DNA of 63,713 nucleotides, filler included, from Dugesia japonica (taxonomy: Eukaryota): NCBI GenBank assembly GCA_001938525.1. It is 6 parts of 6 records of this genome, joined end to end, with 100 filler letters (N's around TTAATTAATTAA, not from the genome) between each part and the next. Parts side by side here need not be neighbours in the genome. Positions count along the whole stretch, not along the records: positions 43,453 to 55,272 come from MQRL01625299.1; positions 55,373 to 63,713 come from MQRL01643482.1; 4 more parts are not named here. One strand, given 5' to 3'. Position numbers and translations under genes: made by a program. Of this stretch, positions 52,604 to 63,713 are shown one piece after another. Within the stretch, counting starts at the first letter, position 1. The number at the start of each line of letters is the position of its first letter. The notes under the pieces are model-generated. The model was not told the DNA's origin. It saw only the letters and a list, made by a program, of their open reading frames with translations, and searched no databases.

Positions 52604-52681
52604 ATTAAATTCTTGAAAGGGTTCCCTGAGGGCTGTTTTACCCCAGCCCCGTTTTCTTCACCCAACTCAGGTGGAACCCCA

Positions 52682-53065
52682 ATAGAAATAACAAATGAAG
52701 AATATGAAATCGCAAATATTGAATCGGGAAGCAATAATTTGTTGGAATATATGATGTACTATATGAAGCTAGACATATACTTGCTAGCCGATGTATTCCA
52801 AACATTTCGTAAAAAAGCACTTGAAGAGCATGGATTGGAGCCACTACGATTTGTTTCATTGCCAGGATTAAACTGATCAAGTGCTCTCAAGTCGATGGAT
52901 AGGTAAATAGAATTACTCCAAGATACTGAAATGCATCGTCTATTTGAGTTAGAAATTCGTGAAAGAATTACTTTTGTGAACAAACATTATGTCCAGGCAG
53001 ATGAAAATATCTCACTGCTTTACATTGATATTAGTAACCTATATTGTTGGGCCTTAACACAACCA
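52682..53065 (+). pseudogene. pPolB fragment (Exo III to palm motif A) of another Polinton
   Basis: ITNEEYEIA..NLLEYMMYYMKLDIYLLADVFQTFRK..GLEP..FVSLPGL..IELLQD.EM..LFE..IR..LLYIDISNLYCWALTQP. Confidence 0.88.
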
Positions 53066-53306
53066 ACATATTAGTGAAACATCTTATATTACTCGTAGCA
53101 CAAAATAGTTTAAAATGAACAAATAAAAATGTATTAAAACATCTAATTAAAAATAGTTAATTATAACGAATAAAATTCATATGAAAGGCATGAACCACAA
53201 AATAATATGATGACCACAAAAATTGATAACAATTATGAGTAGTTAAAAAAAACCAATGAGATCATGCAAATGAAAAAAAGTTATAAATTGTCATTAATTG
53301 CAGAAG

Positions 53307-53432
53307 TTATTTCTCGAATTTGATACTCATTGCTTGAAGATAGTTTTGTCGTGCTATATTTTCTTCGGCTGGACTTGAAATGGGTGACCACTTTGGATCA
53401 CCAGAAAATAAGCGAATACATTTAACATAGCC
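53307..53432 (-). CDS. ADI1: Last exon of acireductone dioxygenase (methionine salvage)
   Basis: tttattctag acceptor then GYVKCIRLFSGDPKWSPISSPAEENIARQNYLQAMSIKFEK*, matching the ADI1 C-terminal pattern NY.KAMRLF.GEP.W....RPAD...AR..Y. Upstream exons not found. Confidence 0.75.
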   Translation of the reverse strand, partial: GYVKCIRLFSGDPKWSPISSPAEENIARQNYLQAMSIKFEK

Positions 53433-53779
53433 CTAGAATAAAAATACAATTTTCAATAGTTAACAATAAACTATATTAATTTTATAATTAATAAAATGAT
53501 AATAATTTTTGGTAGTATTTAGTTTTAATAACTCCAATGTAATCCATAGTACAATAAATAATAATAAATCTTATACAATAAAAAAGCGCACGAACTCACA
53601 CTTCCCTCGTCAGCAAAGTGAGTTACAAATTAACAATGTAAAAAAGAGGCGATGAATTTTTGTGTATGATTACGTAAGTTAGTTGGAAAATCGTAATGTA
53701 AAAAGGCGACGAGCAAATTTATGTGCGATTTGAATTAATATTCCAAATCCATCATAGATAATATTATCCCAAGACAAAA

Positions 53780-54300
53780 ATTAGAATCAATCACACAAAA
53801 AATTATAATCTAACATATAAATTCAAAAAACTTAAAATTAACTTAATACACTCAATTATTTGATACAATAAAGACCTATAATATACTCAATCTACTTAAT
53901 ACAATCAATATAATCTATGGATTCATCAAATTTACCTAATTTACTAAAAGCATTCAATACATTCGACTTATTTAATTCATAAAGATTACTTGATTACTCT
54001 ATTCAATACAGTCATAAAGCCAATGATCATGGCAAACATAATGCACCTTACAATCTAAGCCAAATGTACTTAATAATCTGAAAAACACTCAGAAATCTAA
54101 ATAAACCAAATATAATACACTCATGAAGCTAAACTGATCACCATAGTTAATTAATTTAATATGTTTACTTCATCAAATACAATTAATTATATCCAATCAA
54201 TATGCTTAATTCATCGAGCCTACTTAATTCATAAATTAATTAATTCAATCAGATTCTATACCAAATACCCTAACTCTAATGTAACAAATGAACTCAAAAA
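53780..54300 (+). repeat. Interspersed repeat shared with 21622-22186
   Basis: Collinear identity, e.g. atatactcaatctacttaatac and cataaagccaatga occur in both. Confidence 0.75.
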
Positions 54301-55504
54301 TTTAAATAGATATAAAAAACACTGAAGAAATATAAGCAGGGGCCATACTTAAAAATATCACTAGGGGCAAAAATTTCAAGAAAAACCTAGTAAAAATTAA
54401 CTATTAAATTAAGAAAATTTAAATACATCCAGGGAAAATTAACCGATGAAAAATGTTACTAGGCACAAAACTTACAAATAGCACTAGAGGTAAAAATTTT
54501 TAAAAAAATCTAACAGTTGTAAAACTCAAAAATACTATCAAGGTAAAATTTAAAAATACTAACAGAGTCAAAATTCAAAACCAATACACTAAAAATGCAT
54601 CTATGTGAAAATTTTAAAATAGACCCATGAAAAATCTTACATAAAAATTTTAATTCTAAAATTAATTGCTAAAATAAACCAATAAAAAATTATAGAGTAA
54701 AAATTTAAACTAATTAAAATCAATAAACTCGGTTTAAAGAACAAATAATTTTTTATTTCAAAAAATTATTTAAAAAGCAATGATCAAAATTGCTGCTTTT
54801 TCATTTTCAATATTTCGGCAACTGTTCAGTAAAGTCTTATTACAAAATTTGATATGAAAACAGATTTTAAATAAATCTGAAAAAAATCAATTTTCATTTG
54901 ATTTTAATTGTAATATAAATTTTTTTCATAGATTTATATATGAATTTACCCGGTAGTATTTTTAAAAGTTAATTTTATTCGGTTAATTTTTCCAGTTAAT
55001 TTTAATATTTTATGTTCATTTAATTTTATATTTCATAATGGCACGAATTTCCGATCTTTTCATTTTAAAGATATAAAAAGCAACAGAAAATAATTACTTT
55101 CCAGCAGTGGTATATCACAAGTAGTTGTTGAAAACAAGTATTGGAGAGTCTAGATGATGAATAGCATACCAAGGGAGGGAAAATGTTTAAATAAATGCGC
55201 GGCAATACCAGAGAATGATAAAAATTTACTGATTGATGACAATGATTTTACACCATGGTTTGACAACGGTGANNNNNNNNNNNNNNNNNNNNNNNNNNNN
55301 NNNNNNNNNNNNNNNNTTAATTAATTAANNNNNNNNNNNNNNNNNNNNNNNNNNNNNNNNNNNNNNNNNNNNTTGACCAAATCGTCCCAAGATTACCTAA
55401 ACTGACCAAAGCCGAAGAAAAATTTGTCCCAATCACCCAAAAATTATCCAATCCTGAGAAAAAATTAGACCAAATTCACCTGGACCAACGAAAAATAAAC
55501 CTTT

Positions 55505-55631
55505 TTCCATAAATGTGTGCCACCGCCTATTTACATTAGAAAAATTATAAAACAGTTATGTAATACATTTTTACAAACGGGGGGGGGGTTACTGAATGTG
55601 TGCAGAGGCTGTGCGCCACTATCTATCTATT
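55505..55631. mobile_element. Maverick-type terminus (right end)
   Basis: GCGCCACTATCTATCTATT, one mismatch from the ATCTATCTACT end at 6804-6814, with the same upstream gggg-ttac subterminal motif. Confidence 0.6.
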
Positions 55632-55651
55632 AATATCTCACAAATGTAATT

Positions 55652-56034
55652 ATGTCATTTAATACTTTGAAAGTTGAGGGTGGGGATGGAACTCATATTC
55701 AGAAAGCTTTGGTTGAAACAATTTTAAATTATAATGGAGATAGTAAAAATATATGTCTTGTAGCAATAGGGTATAGATCAGGTGAAGTTAGAAAAGATTC
55801 TATTAAAAAATCCAAATCATTGTCTCTAGATGGTTCATTAAAATTAGATTTTATGGATCAACATTTGTATTGGCTCCGGATTTCGATATAAATCAGAGTC
55901 AATTATCTCAACAGAGAAATTTACGATTGGGTATAAAATTTGCAAAAGCTTTAACTGTACCGGAATTTGTAATTATTTATGGAGTATTTGAAAATGAAAT
56001 CCAAATTAAAGCAAACAGAACATTAATAATGTGA
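55652..56034 (+). pseudogene. Polinton major capsid protein remnant (internally deleted)
   Basis: KALVETILNYNGDSK..L..IGY...R...IKKSKSLSLDGSLKLDFMDQ..Y and C-terminal IKFAKAL...VIIYGVFENEIQIKANR. Confidence 0.7.
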
Positions 56035-56099
56035 ACAAAATCTATTGCAATCAAATTGTCAAATATGAAGTAATTTTAATTTATATATTTTTATTTTAT

Positions 56100-56420
56100 T
56101 TAATTAGTTCTATTCAGATAATTCAAATCGGTTCAAAATTGTTGGGATCAACGTGGTTAGGAGTATATCCAGTAAATAAAGCCATAATCTTCAATACTCA
56201 AACCTCTAATCTCGGTGGAGAACATTGTATAGCAGTTTACAATAAACCAGCAAAAATATTAGTATTTGATCCGCTTGGGTATTATTATCCAGAAATATTG
56301 GTTTCACATCTCTCAAAAATATCAAAGCCAATTGAGTGTAACAAAAAAAATATTTCAAAACCCATTCACAACGACTTGCGGACAACATTGTTTAATATGG
56401 TTAAAAAATCAACATTATAT
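56100..56420 (+). pseudogene. Adenain-like protease remnant (second Polinton family)
   Basis: WLGVYP..IIFNT..SNLGGEHCIAVY..VFDPLG, then after a frameshift QNPFTTTCGQHCLIWL. Confidence 0.78.
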
Positions 56421-57774
56421 TTGAAATTCATGTCTATGTAAATAAATGTTAACATTGTAGTAGTCAATATTGTATTATGTTATATGTAATAAATGTATAA
56501 AATTAAAATGTTTTTGTTTTTTTATTTATTTTTAACAAATTATTCTTTGTTTTAATCATGAATAAACTTTGTTAATTTCATGACTAATAATTTGTTGTTT
56601 AAATATTATCGCTTTACTATTGGTTGATTAGTAAATCATTGAATAAAAAGGTATTAATTATTTATTTTTGTCACAATTTTAAAATTAATTTTTAACACAG
56701 GAACAAATATTATCTTATTTTGTAAGTTTTATTTTTTTTAATTTAAATTTAAATTTATCGTTATCTTATTTTAGTTAAAATGAATTCAAATAATACTAAT
56801 GAAGGATATTCGAGAAAAAGATTATTTGTGAAAGTAAATTTATCAATATATTAAGATTGTAAATTTATTATTTATTTTCAGATTATAAACTAAAACCAAT
56901 ATTTGAATGGAGCACCGATTTCTGAAAATATAAAGAAAATGGTATATTCATTATTATTTGATTATTACTATTTCTTTTCCTCAGTTATTAGAAATGTTGA
57001 ATGACGAGAAAAGAAGAGAAAATTCCATGGATCCGAGCCTCGTTCCTAATGATTCGGACCGAATTTATGACATGATTAATAAGAGTAAGAATATATTTTT
57101 ATTATTAATTTTCTTTTATGAGGTTAAATTTAAAAGTTTTATTTATCTGAATAATAATAATACATTAACTTTGTTTTTAAATAATAATAATGTGAACTTA
57201 TGTTCATTTGCTTTTTTTTAAAGTTAAATATTCTCAATAATAATAAATTATAGACTATTGATTTCAAAAATTTTTAAATAATGTTATATTGTAAATTATG
57301 TTGATTTGTTTTATTTTAAAACTTGTTAATTTTCAGACATTCATATAATTTGAATTGATATATTTAAATTATTTAGAAATGTCATTTAAGTAACATAAAC
57401 GTTTTAATATACAATATGTATGCCAATTCAATAAAGAAAATGCAACATGGTTGCAAATTATAATAAATTTCAAAAGTTTAAAATTATCACAACTCTTTCT
57501 ATTGTCAATAAAAATTGATTTTAGTAGGGATTTCATTGAAAAATCTTCCATTTTGGAGCATTTTTATTCACATAATTCATTTCCCTTAGGAGCATTTATC
57601 CTCTTCTCTAGCCCATTAGCAATTTCATCTATATGGTTTTAGCACCAAATCTTGCAGAGACATTCACTCGGAAGGATTACTTGTTTACCTTTTTAAAGCT
57701 TTAAATTTGAGTGAAATCTCTTTATTCAAGTATTTATTATTTCATTTTTGTGGAATTTGCTGCAGTATTTATAG

Positions 57775-58132
57775 AGAGATGACAAAATCAAAGTCTCCAT
57801 AAAATTATACAATGATGTTCAACAATCACTCAATTAAAATCTTATATTAGCCAATGATGTGAAACAATTCCCCAATCAAAGTCTCAATAAAATTCTGCAC
57901 TGATGCGGAGCAATTACCCAAAGAAAGTCTTAATAAAATTATGCAATGATGTTGAACAATTACTCTGAAAGTCTCAATGAAGCTACACAATGATGTGAAA
58001 CAATTCCTCAATGAAAGATTCAATAAAATTCGACAATGAAATTGAATAATTACTCAATGAAAGTTTCAATACTCTCATGCAATGGGGTTGAACAATTACT
58101 CTGTGAAAGTCCTAATAACGTTATGCAATAAT
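57775..58132 (+). repeat. Tandem repeat, unit about 42 bp
   Basis: About eight copies of aaagtctcaataaaattatgcaatgatgttgaacaattactc. Confidence 0.85.
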
Positions 58133-58523
58133 GCAGTGTTGTCCAAACCATGTGTCGTGGCAAGTACTATGGTGTGCCGCAAAATCCTTCAAATAAAGTC
58201 AAAAATACCTTGTTTTTTGACAGCTTAATTAAAGGAAGTTGAAAAAAGGATATTTTTACGGTTGTTTAAATTTTAAATATTAAGTGCAAAATTTAATTTT
58301 TTGCAATAGTATCCTTTCGGTTACAAAGAATATGGACTACCTAATATCCGTAAGTAGCTTAATTTTTGTATTTAGAATTTTAAGTATTAAATAATAATAT
58401 TTTTTTTACAATTGCAATTATTGCGAGAATAATTGTTGGACATAACCATTGATCGTTTTATAGAATTCATTTTATATAAAAGCTTTGGTCTAAATTTTGG
58501 TTTTATTTATTGATATTGGATAA

Positions 58524-58560
58524 CAATTCGATATTTCGACCTTGTCTTCGTCAGTAATTA
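58524..58560 (-). ncRNA. Minimal hammerhead ribozyme (left arm of palindrome)
   Basis: TAATTA-CTGACGA-A-GAC AAG GTC-GAAA-TA-TC-GAATTG on the minus strand. Confidence 0.65.
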
Positions 58561-58574
58561 ACTTTTTAAAAAGT

Positions 58575-58611
58575 TAATTCCTGATGAAGACAAGGTTGAA
58601 ATATCGAATTA
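58575..58611 (+). ncRNA. Minimal hammerhead ribozyme (right arm of palindrome)
   Basis: TAATTC-CTGATGA-A-GAC AAG GTT-GAAA-TA-TC-GAATTA; stem I is a perfect 6 bp. Confidence 0.7.
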
Positions 58612-59344
58612 TTATCCAATATCAATAAATAAAACCTAAATTTTGATCAAAGCTTTTTTATTAAATGAATTCAATAATATTTTTAGTATAATCATGAAGA
58701 GATTTTTAGTTCACTCAAATAAAGACGCGGGAGCTATGAAGACAGTAAAAAAATGCATCTGAGAAGGATGATTTAATTCCAAAATGCATAGTATGCTTTA
58801 ATATTCTTGCAAATTAATCTATGGTTCCAAGCAAACTTGAAAGACATATCCGACAAAAACATCCAGAATTGAAAGTCAAGTCAAAAGATTATTTCGAAAG
58901 ACTGAAGGAAAATTCCGTAAAACAAGCTAATGAATTTAAAGCATCTACAAGTCTATCTGATAACGCTCAAATGACCAGTTATATAATCGCAAAAATGCTT
59001 GCTAAGAATAAAAAATTACATCTCGATGCGAAGTCAGTTATTAAGCCCGCACTAACAATAGAAGCTGGTATCATGATCGGACCTGAAGCAGTAGAAAAAT
59101 TTAAAAGAATCCCGCTCTCACATCAAATAAAGAATCATTTTTCACGAAGCACAAAATTTTTGAAAAATTGTGAGCTCTTCAAATTGACGAAAGCACGGAT
59201 ATTAGCAACAAAGCACAACTGCTGTCATTTTTACGCATCGTAAAGAATGGCAGAATTGTTGAAAAATACTTTTTTTGTGATAATTTGACGCAGACTACAA
59301 CTGGAAAAGATTTATTTGAAATGGTGAATAGCAAAGTTGCAATA

Positions 59345-60930
59345 AAAGGGCATGTCGTCGGAACACATATACTCTAACCCACATGTATCCATTATTATTG
59401 ATTGTAATTTCATCTCTTTTTAAACATTTCTGCATGACCATTTTCTCAGTGAAAATACATTTTTTACTAGTGTCATAATTAATTTTTCTGATCTGAGTGA
59501 TCCAATATCATGTTTGTGATAAAGTATTCACCAATGCAACTTACATCTACGTTTTCATATATTGCAATTCTATAACACTGTTTATCATTATAAATCTCAC
59601 GAGTCTCTGTTTTTCGGAATCCCGTATAACAACTCATTCACATGGTCGGTGTTAGGTTTTTATTGACTCAGATAGAACTGTTTTTGAAATAAATGGAAAA
59701 TTAACATTCTGTATTATTATTCAATCATTAGCTGCATGCACCATTATTTCGTATTTATTCATCCTTCTTTATCCAATATTATGATGTAGAAATATATTTG
59801 GCATAATATCAAACACATGTGCTGTCAGTACAGGTCCAATTGACATATTTAATTGTATCTTCCCTAAACATTTTTCTGTTATACCCTTTGCGCATGTTAC
59901 TTTTGTCATAGGTTTAAAAATCCTTACAGCACGGTTCTTTATACAGATACGCTCGGCTTATTCTTGGCTTATAACATTCAAATCAGCTCCCGTGTCAATA
60001 CATAGTTTTTACTGGTATCCTTGCAACCTGACATTCAACAATTATTTTATTTCTTGCTTCTTCTGGCCTTGACACTGATATTAATGTTGGTTCATATTTT
60101 TAAAGTGATTGTCTTGGCCGTGCTCTATTTCATTTGATAAAATTAACATACTTATCTTCGAGTGACAGTTTGAATGTTCCAAGATGGTTTATTTTCCCTA
60201 ATTGTATTCACTTGATTGCTTTATCCTTTTTTCTAGTTCCTCATGGATTACGGATTCTATTTGCACTTCATCTTTATGAAAGCATCTTAAATTACTTGTT
60301 TATTTGCAGGTTTTTATAGGATAGTCACCCCCACACAAGAAGCATTGTTCAATATAGCAGTCTTTAGCTATACGGCCTTTCTAACCACACGTAAAGCATG
60401 TTCTTGTTTATATTATTGATATGTTATTATATGTTATTATTATGTTATTATTATATGTTTATTAAACACATTTGGTTGCAGAAGATTTGTAATTTTGTCT
60501 CCTTAATTCGACAATTTCATTCTTTAGCTTTTCTATTTCAACTTTCAAATTCTTTATAGTTTTATTCTTTTGCCTTATATTACATAATACATTTTCTTTC
60601 GTTCCTTAGTCATCTATCGTCTTTTATACTTTCTACTGCTTCTTCCAATGATTTTGGTTCGAATAATTTTTAGTGTATTTGTCAATTGTTTATGTCCCAA
60701 ACGATTAGTAAATGATTTTACTATGATTTCTTTTTTCGTTTCAGATAAAACGCTGCTCTTCATACGAATACGCTTAGCGAAATCCGTTATTTTTCCGCTT
60801 CAATACCGCATTAAATCAAGTATCAGCATAGCTTGGTTAATTTTTTATGGTTTAACATTCAGTATATTGATAAGATGTTTTCCAAGTAATCGATATCAAC
60901 CTTTTTTATCATTCAGTCAAATTTTTAGTA
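59345..60930 (-). mobile_element. Degenerate gag-protease retrotransposon remnant
   Basis: Minus strand CFTCG*KG.IAKE knuckle (about 60360-60400) and aspartic protease LCIDTGADLNVI (about 59972-60006). Confidence 0.7.
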
Positions 60931-60939
60931 CATCTCATA

Positions 60940-63713
60940 AAGAAGAATGGAGTTCGAACCGATCCAACAAAAGTTGAAGCGATAAAAAATTTCGGAAGAC
61001 CTAAATGTATAAAGAACTTGAGAAGCTTTTTGGAATATGCAATTACTGTAGACGATTTATCAATAATTACTCAAACAAAGATAGAAGCTTGGATGAGCTA
61101 TGTGAAAGTAACAATAAAAAACATGTGTGGACGAAAAGTTGTGATAAAGCTTTTAATGAGATGAAAGAGCCTTTAACAAAAACACCAATATTGAGCTTTC
61201 CAGATATCAAAAAGATGTTTGTACTAGATACAGATGCGAGTTTTAATGCAATTGGAGCATTTATTTGCAAATAGCTGAAAAAAGTTTAGAACAAGTTATT
61301 GCATATGGATCACATGCAATGTCAGCTCATGAAAAAGGATATTGTATAACAAGAAAGGAATTATTGTGTTGAGATGCTTTGGGGATTGTTGCCAAAGCAA
61401 ATCAGCAATTGCGTGAGTTTATGAGTTTTATTAACGTAAATTNNNNNNNNNNNNNNNNNNNNNNNNNNNNNNNATGATTCCCTTATATGACCTTAATATC
61501 GTTATTATATATAAATTATATTCGTATATATATACTATATAGTCAACTATTTAACTGAAATATAAAATCAATTACTTTAAACAGAATTCTTTATTAACGT
61601 ATGACAATATCAAGTTACTATTTTGATCTCGCGGGTGTCGTTTCAGTAAAACTCGACTCGACTTGAGATTTGTAAAAATGGTAATCAAACTAAAATTTGT
61701 ACAAGTATTTATATCCAATTTGTTGATGCATGTGCATCCTTTCATAATATAAAATTACAAAAAAAAATTACGCATATTCACATAATAGATTCAAATATTT
61801 ATCAAAATTGTAAAATGTTAACCTCAAAATTTAAATCAATCATTACAATAATATAAAGTTCAATAAATCAATCATTACAGTAATATAAAGTTCAATTATT
61901 ATTCAGTTATTAACAACATATGATAATAAATAATATAATAATAAAACATGATAATAAATAATATAATAATAAAACTTTGAATATTAAAATTCGTCAACAA
62001 ATTGTCAATAATAATTTTTATCAATTAAAATTGTCGATTCATAGTTTCAATTAAAGTTATTAACGAATTTGATTTGAGCTGCTCCTTTGNNNNNNTCGAA
62101 TTGCTTCTGATTGTGTTGCTTTGGTTGATTGAGCGATTGATTGAGCTGCTTTCTCTGTGTGTATATTGTTTGTTATGTTGCGTGTGTGCATTTTTTTCTC
62201 AATTCCCAACAAATGTTCCACCTTAAGAAAAAGATGCTCCTGCATCTTGCGTCAAGAACAAGGTAAAGTAGGGGCAACTCATATCATGCAAACCAGAAGG
62301 GATACTATTGATACAGGGTTCATTATAAATACATGGGTTGAATATCTCTTCGATGTTGGGTAGATTAGGGTAAGGAGAGGTTGGTCGGGAGAAGACTTGT
62401 AATGGTGTCCTATGTCGTGTCAATACCTTTGCAGGATCTTGTTTNNNNNNNNNNNNNNNNNNNNNNNNNNNNNNNNNNNNNNNNNNNNNNNNNNGTTGAT
62501 TGAGCGATTGATTGAGCTGCTTTCTCTGTGTGTATATTGTTTGTTATGTTGCGTGTGTGCATTTTTTTATCAGTTCCCAACAATTGGCCATTTACTATTT
62601 TTGTAATCATTTTAAACATTATCTGTAGGGAAAAGGATTTTTGGCGAGAACAGATCACAAGGCGATAGCATTTATGAAAAACACAAACAAGCCAATTACT
62701 CCACAATTTCAGACTTGGATGAATTTTCTTAGTAGCCTAGATATGGTATTGGAATTTAGACAAGGTGCGAAACACACAAATGCCGAAATGCTGTCAAGAA
62801 TGAATTGTGGTACATATGTACAATGCTTAACAGATCATGAGAACCCAAAGGAAGGAAAAATAAAGACAAAAACAATTAATGGTATATCAGGTTCGGATAC
62901 ATATAAATGGCAAACTAATGTAGAAAAATGGAACAGATAAAGAATAATATGAAAAATAGAACATGTGAAACGTTTTGATTAATAGAAGATATAATAAAAA
63001 CAAAAGACGACAAAATATGGATCCCCACAGAAAGAAAAATTCAAATGGTAAAAAAATGCATAATTTATTGATAAACGCAGGCACTAAAAAAGTGATAAAT
63101 TATTTAATCATTTAAAAATTGAATATGAGAAAGAGAGAAACTGTGTCAAAAGTAATAAAAGAATGTACAGTGTGTCAAATGAACAAAGTAATACCAGTTA
63201 GAACAAAGTAGGAAACTATAAAATTAAAGGCTAATGAACCATTTGAGAGTATTTATATTGATATCTATGAAATCTTAGGAAGAAAAAGATATATATTTTC
63301 CATAATACATAAATTTAGCAGATATATATGTGCTTAACAGCCCTAGTTAAACAACATGAGTAATTCATAAAGAAAACGATTATGGATAAATGGATACTGA
63401 GATTTAGTGCACCAAAAGAGATACATGTAGATAGTGAGAATGTTTTCGAATAGAAAGCCTATACAGAAATGACTGATTCAATGAATATAAAGATTTGCTT
63501 TTCAAGTCCATATCACCATAATACAAACGAATAGTAGAACGTCAATTCAGAACAATCAGAGATTACATAATTGCAATATTAAAAGATAAAAAGAATAAAG
63601 ATTTGGAAGAGTTAGTACCAGAAATAAAATATACATTGAATGCAACAAGTCAGAAGACTTTGGGGATAAGTCCAGCAGAAGTGATTTTTGGTAAGAAAAT
63701 ACATGGTTCAAAA
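60940..63713 (+). mobile_element. Ty3/gypsy pol remnant (RT connection, RNase H, integrase), interrupted by a nested LTR element
   Basis: DPTKVEAIK, FGICNYCRRFI, VLDTDASFNAIGA, RKELL|LAIYYFCNHFKHYL, RTDHKA, PFESIYID, FSSPYHH.TN. Confidence 0.88.
61367..62582 (-). mobile_element. Nested LTR retrotransposon (interior probably collapsed in the N gap); 3' LTR 62211-61367
   Basis: TGTTG...CAACA ends with 4-bp TSD ATTG (61363-61366, 62583-62586); LTR start TGTTGGGAA at 62582 and 62211; purine tract AAGGTGGAA precedes the second copy. Confidence 0.8.

Larger units (their letters stand above)
58463..58672. repeat. 210-bp near-perfect palindrome (Penelope-like inverted terminal repeat)
   Basis: Arms are reverse complements around TTTTT|AAAAA (58567/58568) with no loop. 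Confidence 0.9.
58134..59340 (+). mobile_element. hAT (Buster/Charlie-like) transposon, 5' part
   Basis: Left end CAGTGTTGTCCAAAC...GGTGTGCCGC; BED finger PKCIVC..SMVPSKLERHIRQKH; IPLS; ALQIDESTDISNKAQLL; TTTGKDLF. Confidence 0.85.

Noticed and set aside
55095-55125. FPAVVYHK resembling ADI1 PAGIYHR
   Set aside because: Wrong strand relative to the ADI1 exon and immediately followed by a stop.
56882-57083. Exon-like segments with AG/GT boundaries
   Set aside because: The first segment has stops in all frames and no recognisable protein motif.
57775-58132. Regular 42-bp array resembling CRISPR
   Set aside because: Whole units are similar with no unique spacers, there are no cas genes, and the context is eukaryotic.

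Overview
AT-rich eukaryotic (metazoan-type) genomic DNA made of six assembly pieces joined by an artificial 100-nt spacer (44 N + TTAATTAATTAA + 44 N, at 12612, 22187, 31320, 43353 and 55273), so adjacency across those points is unproven. Host genes are sparse: a five-exon MCTS1 with 39-48 nt introns, the last exon of ADI1 and one rhodopsin-family GPCR exon. Nearly everything else is mobile DNA. (1) A slightly decayed Polinton/Maverick (adintovirus-like) genome at 31420-43352: pPolB, membrane-active protein, penton, adenain, a triplicated fibre-like protein and the ATPase C-terminus. (2) Relics of a second Polinton family (penton, ATPase, major capsid, protease) and a complete 3.7-kb non-coding element with AGTAGATAGAT ends and a 6-bp TSD. 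(3) A full-length piggyBac inserted into a Polinton penton gene. (4) Many Ty3/gypsy fragments, hAT and MULE fragments, a MITE, and Penelope-type minimal hammerhead ribozymes. The most unusual object is at 46220-52680: a chuvirus-like glycoprotein (env) remnant followed by a retroelement Gag whose polyprotein continues not into protease/RT but into about five tandem ubiquitin-like (beta-grasp) modules separated by protease-site-like motifs. All family calls come from motif recognition by eye; no database search was run.
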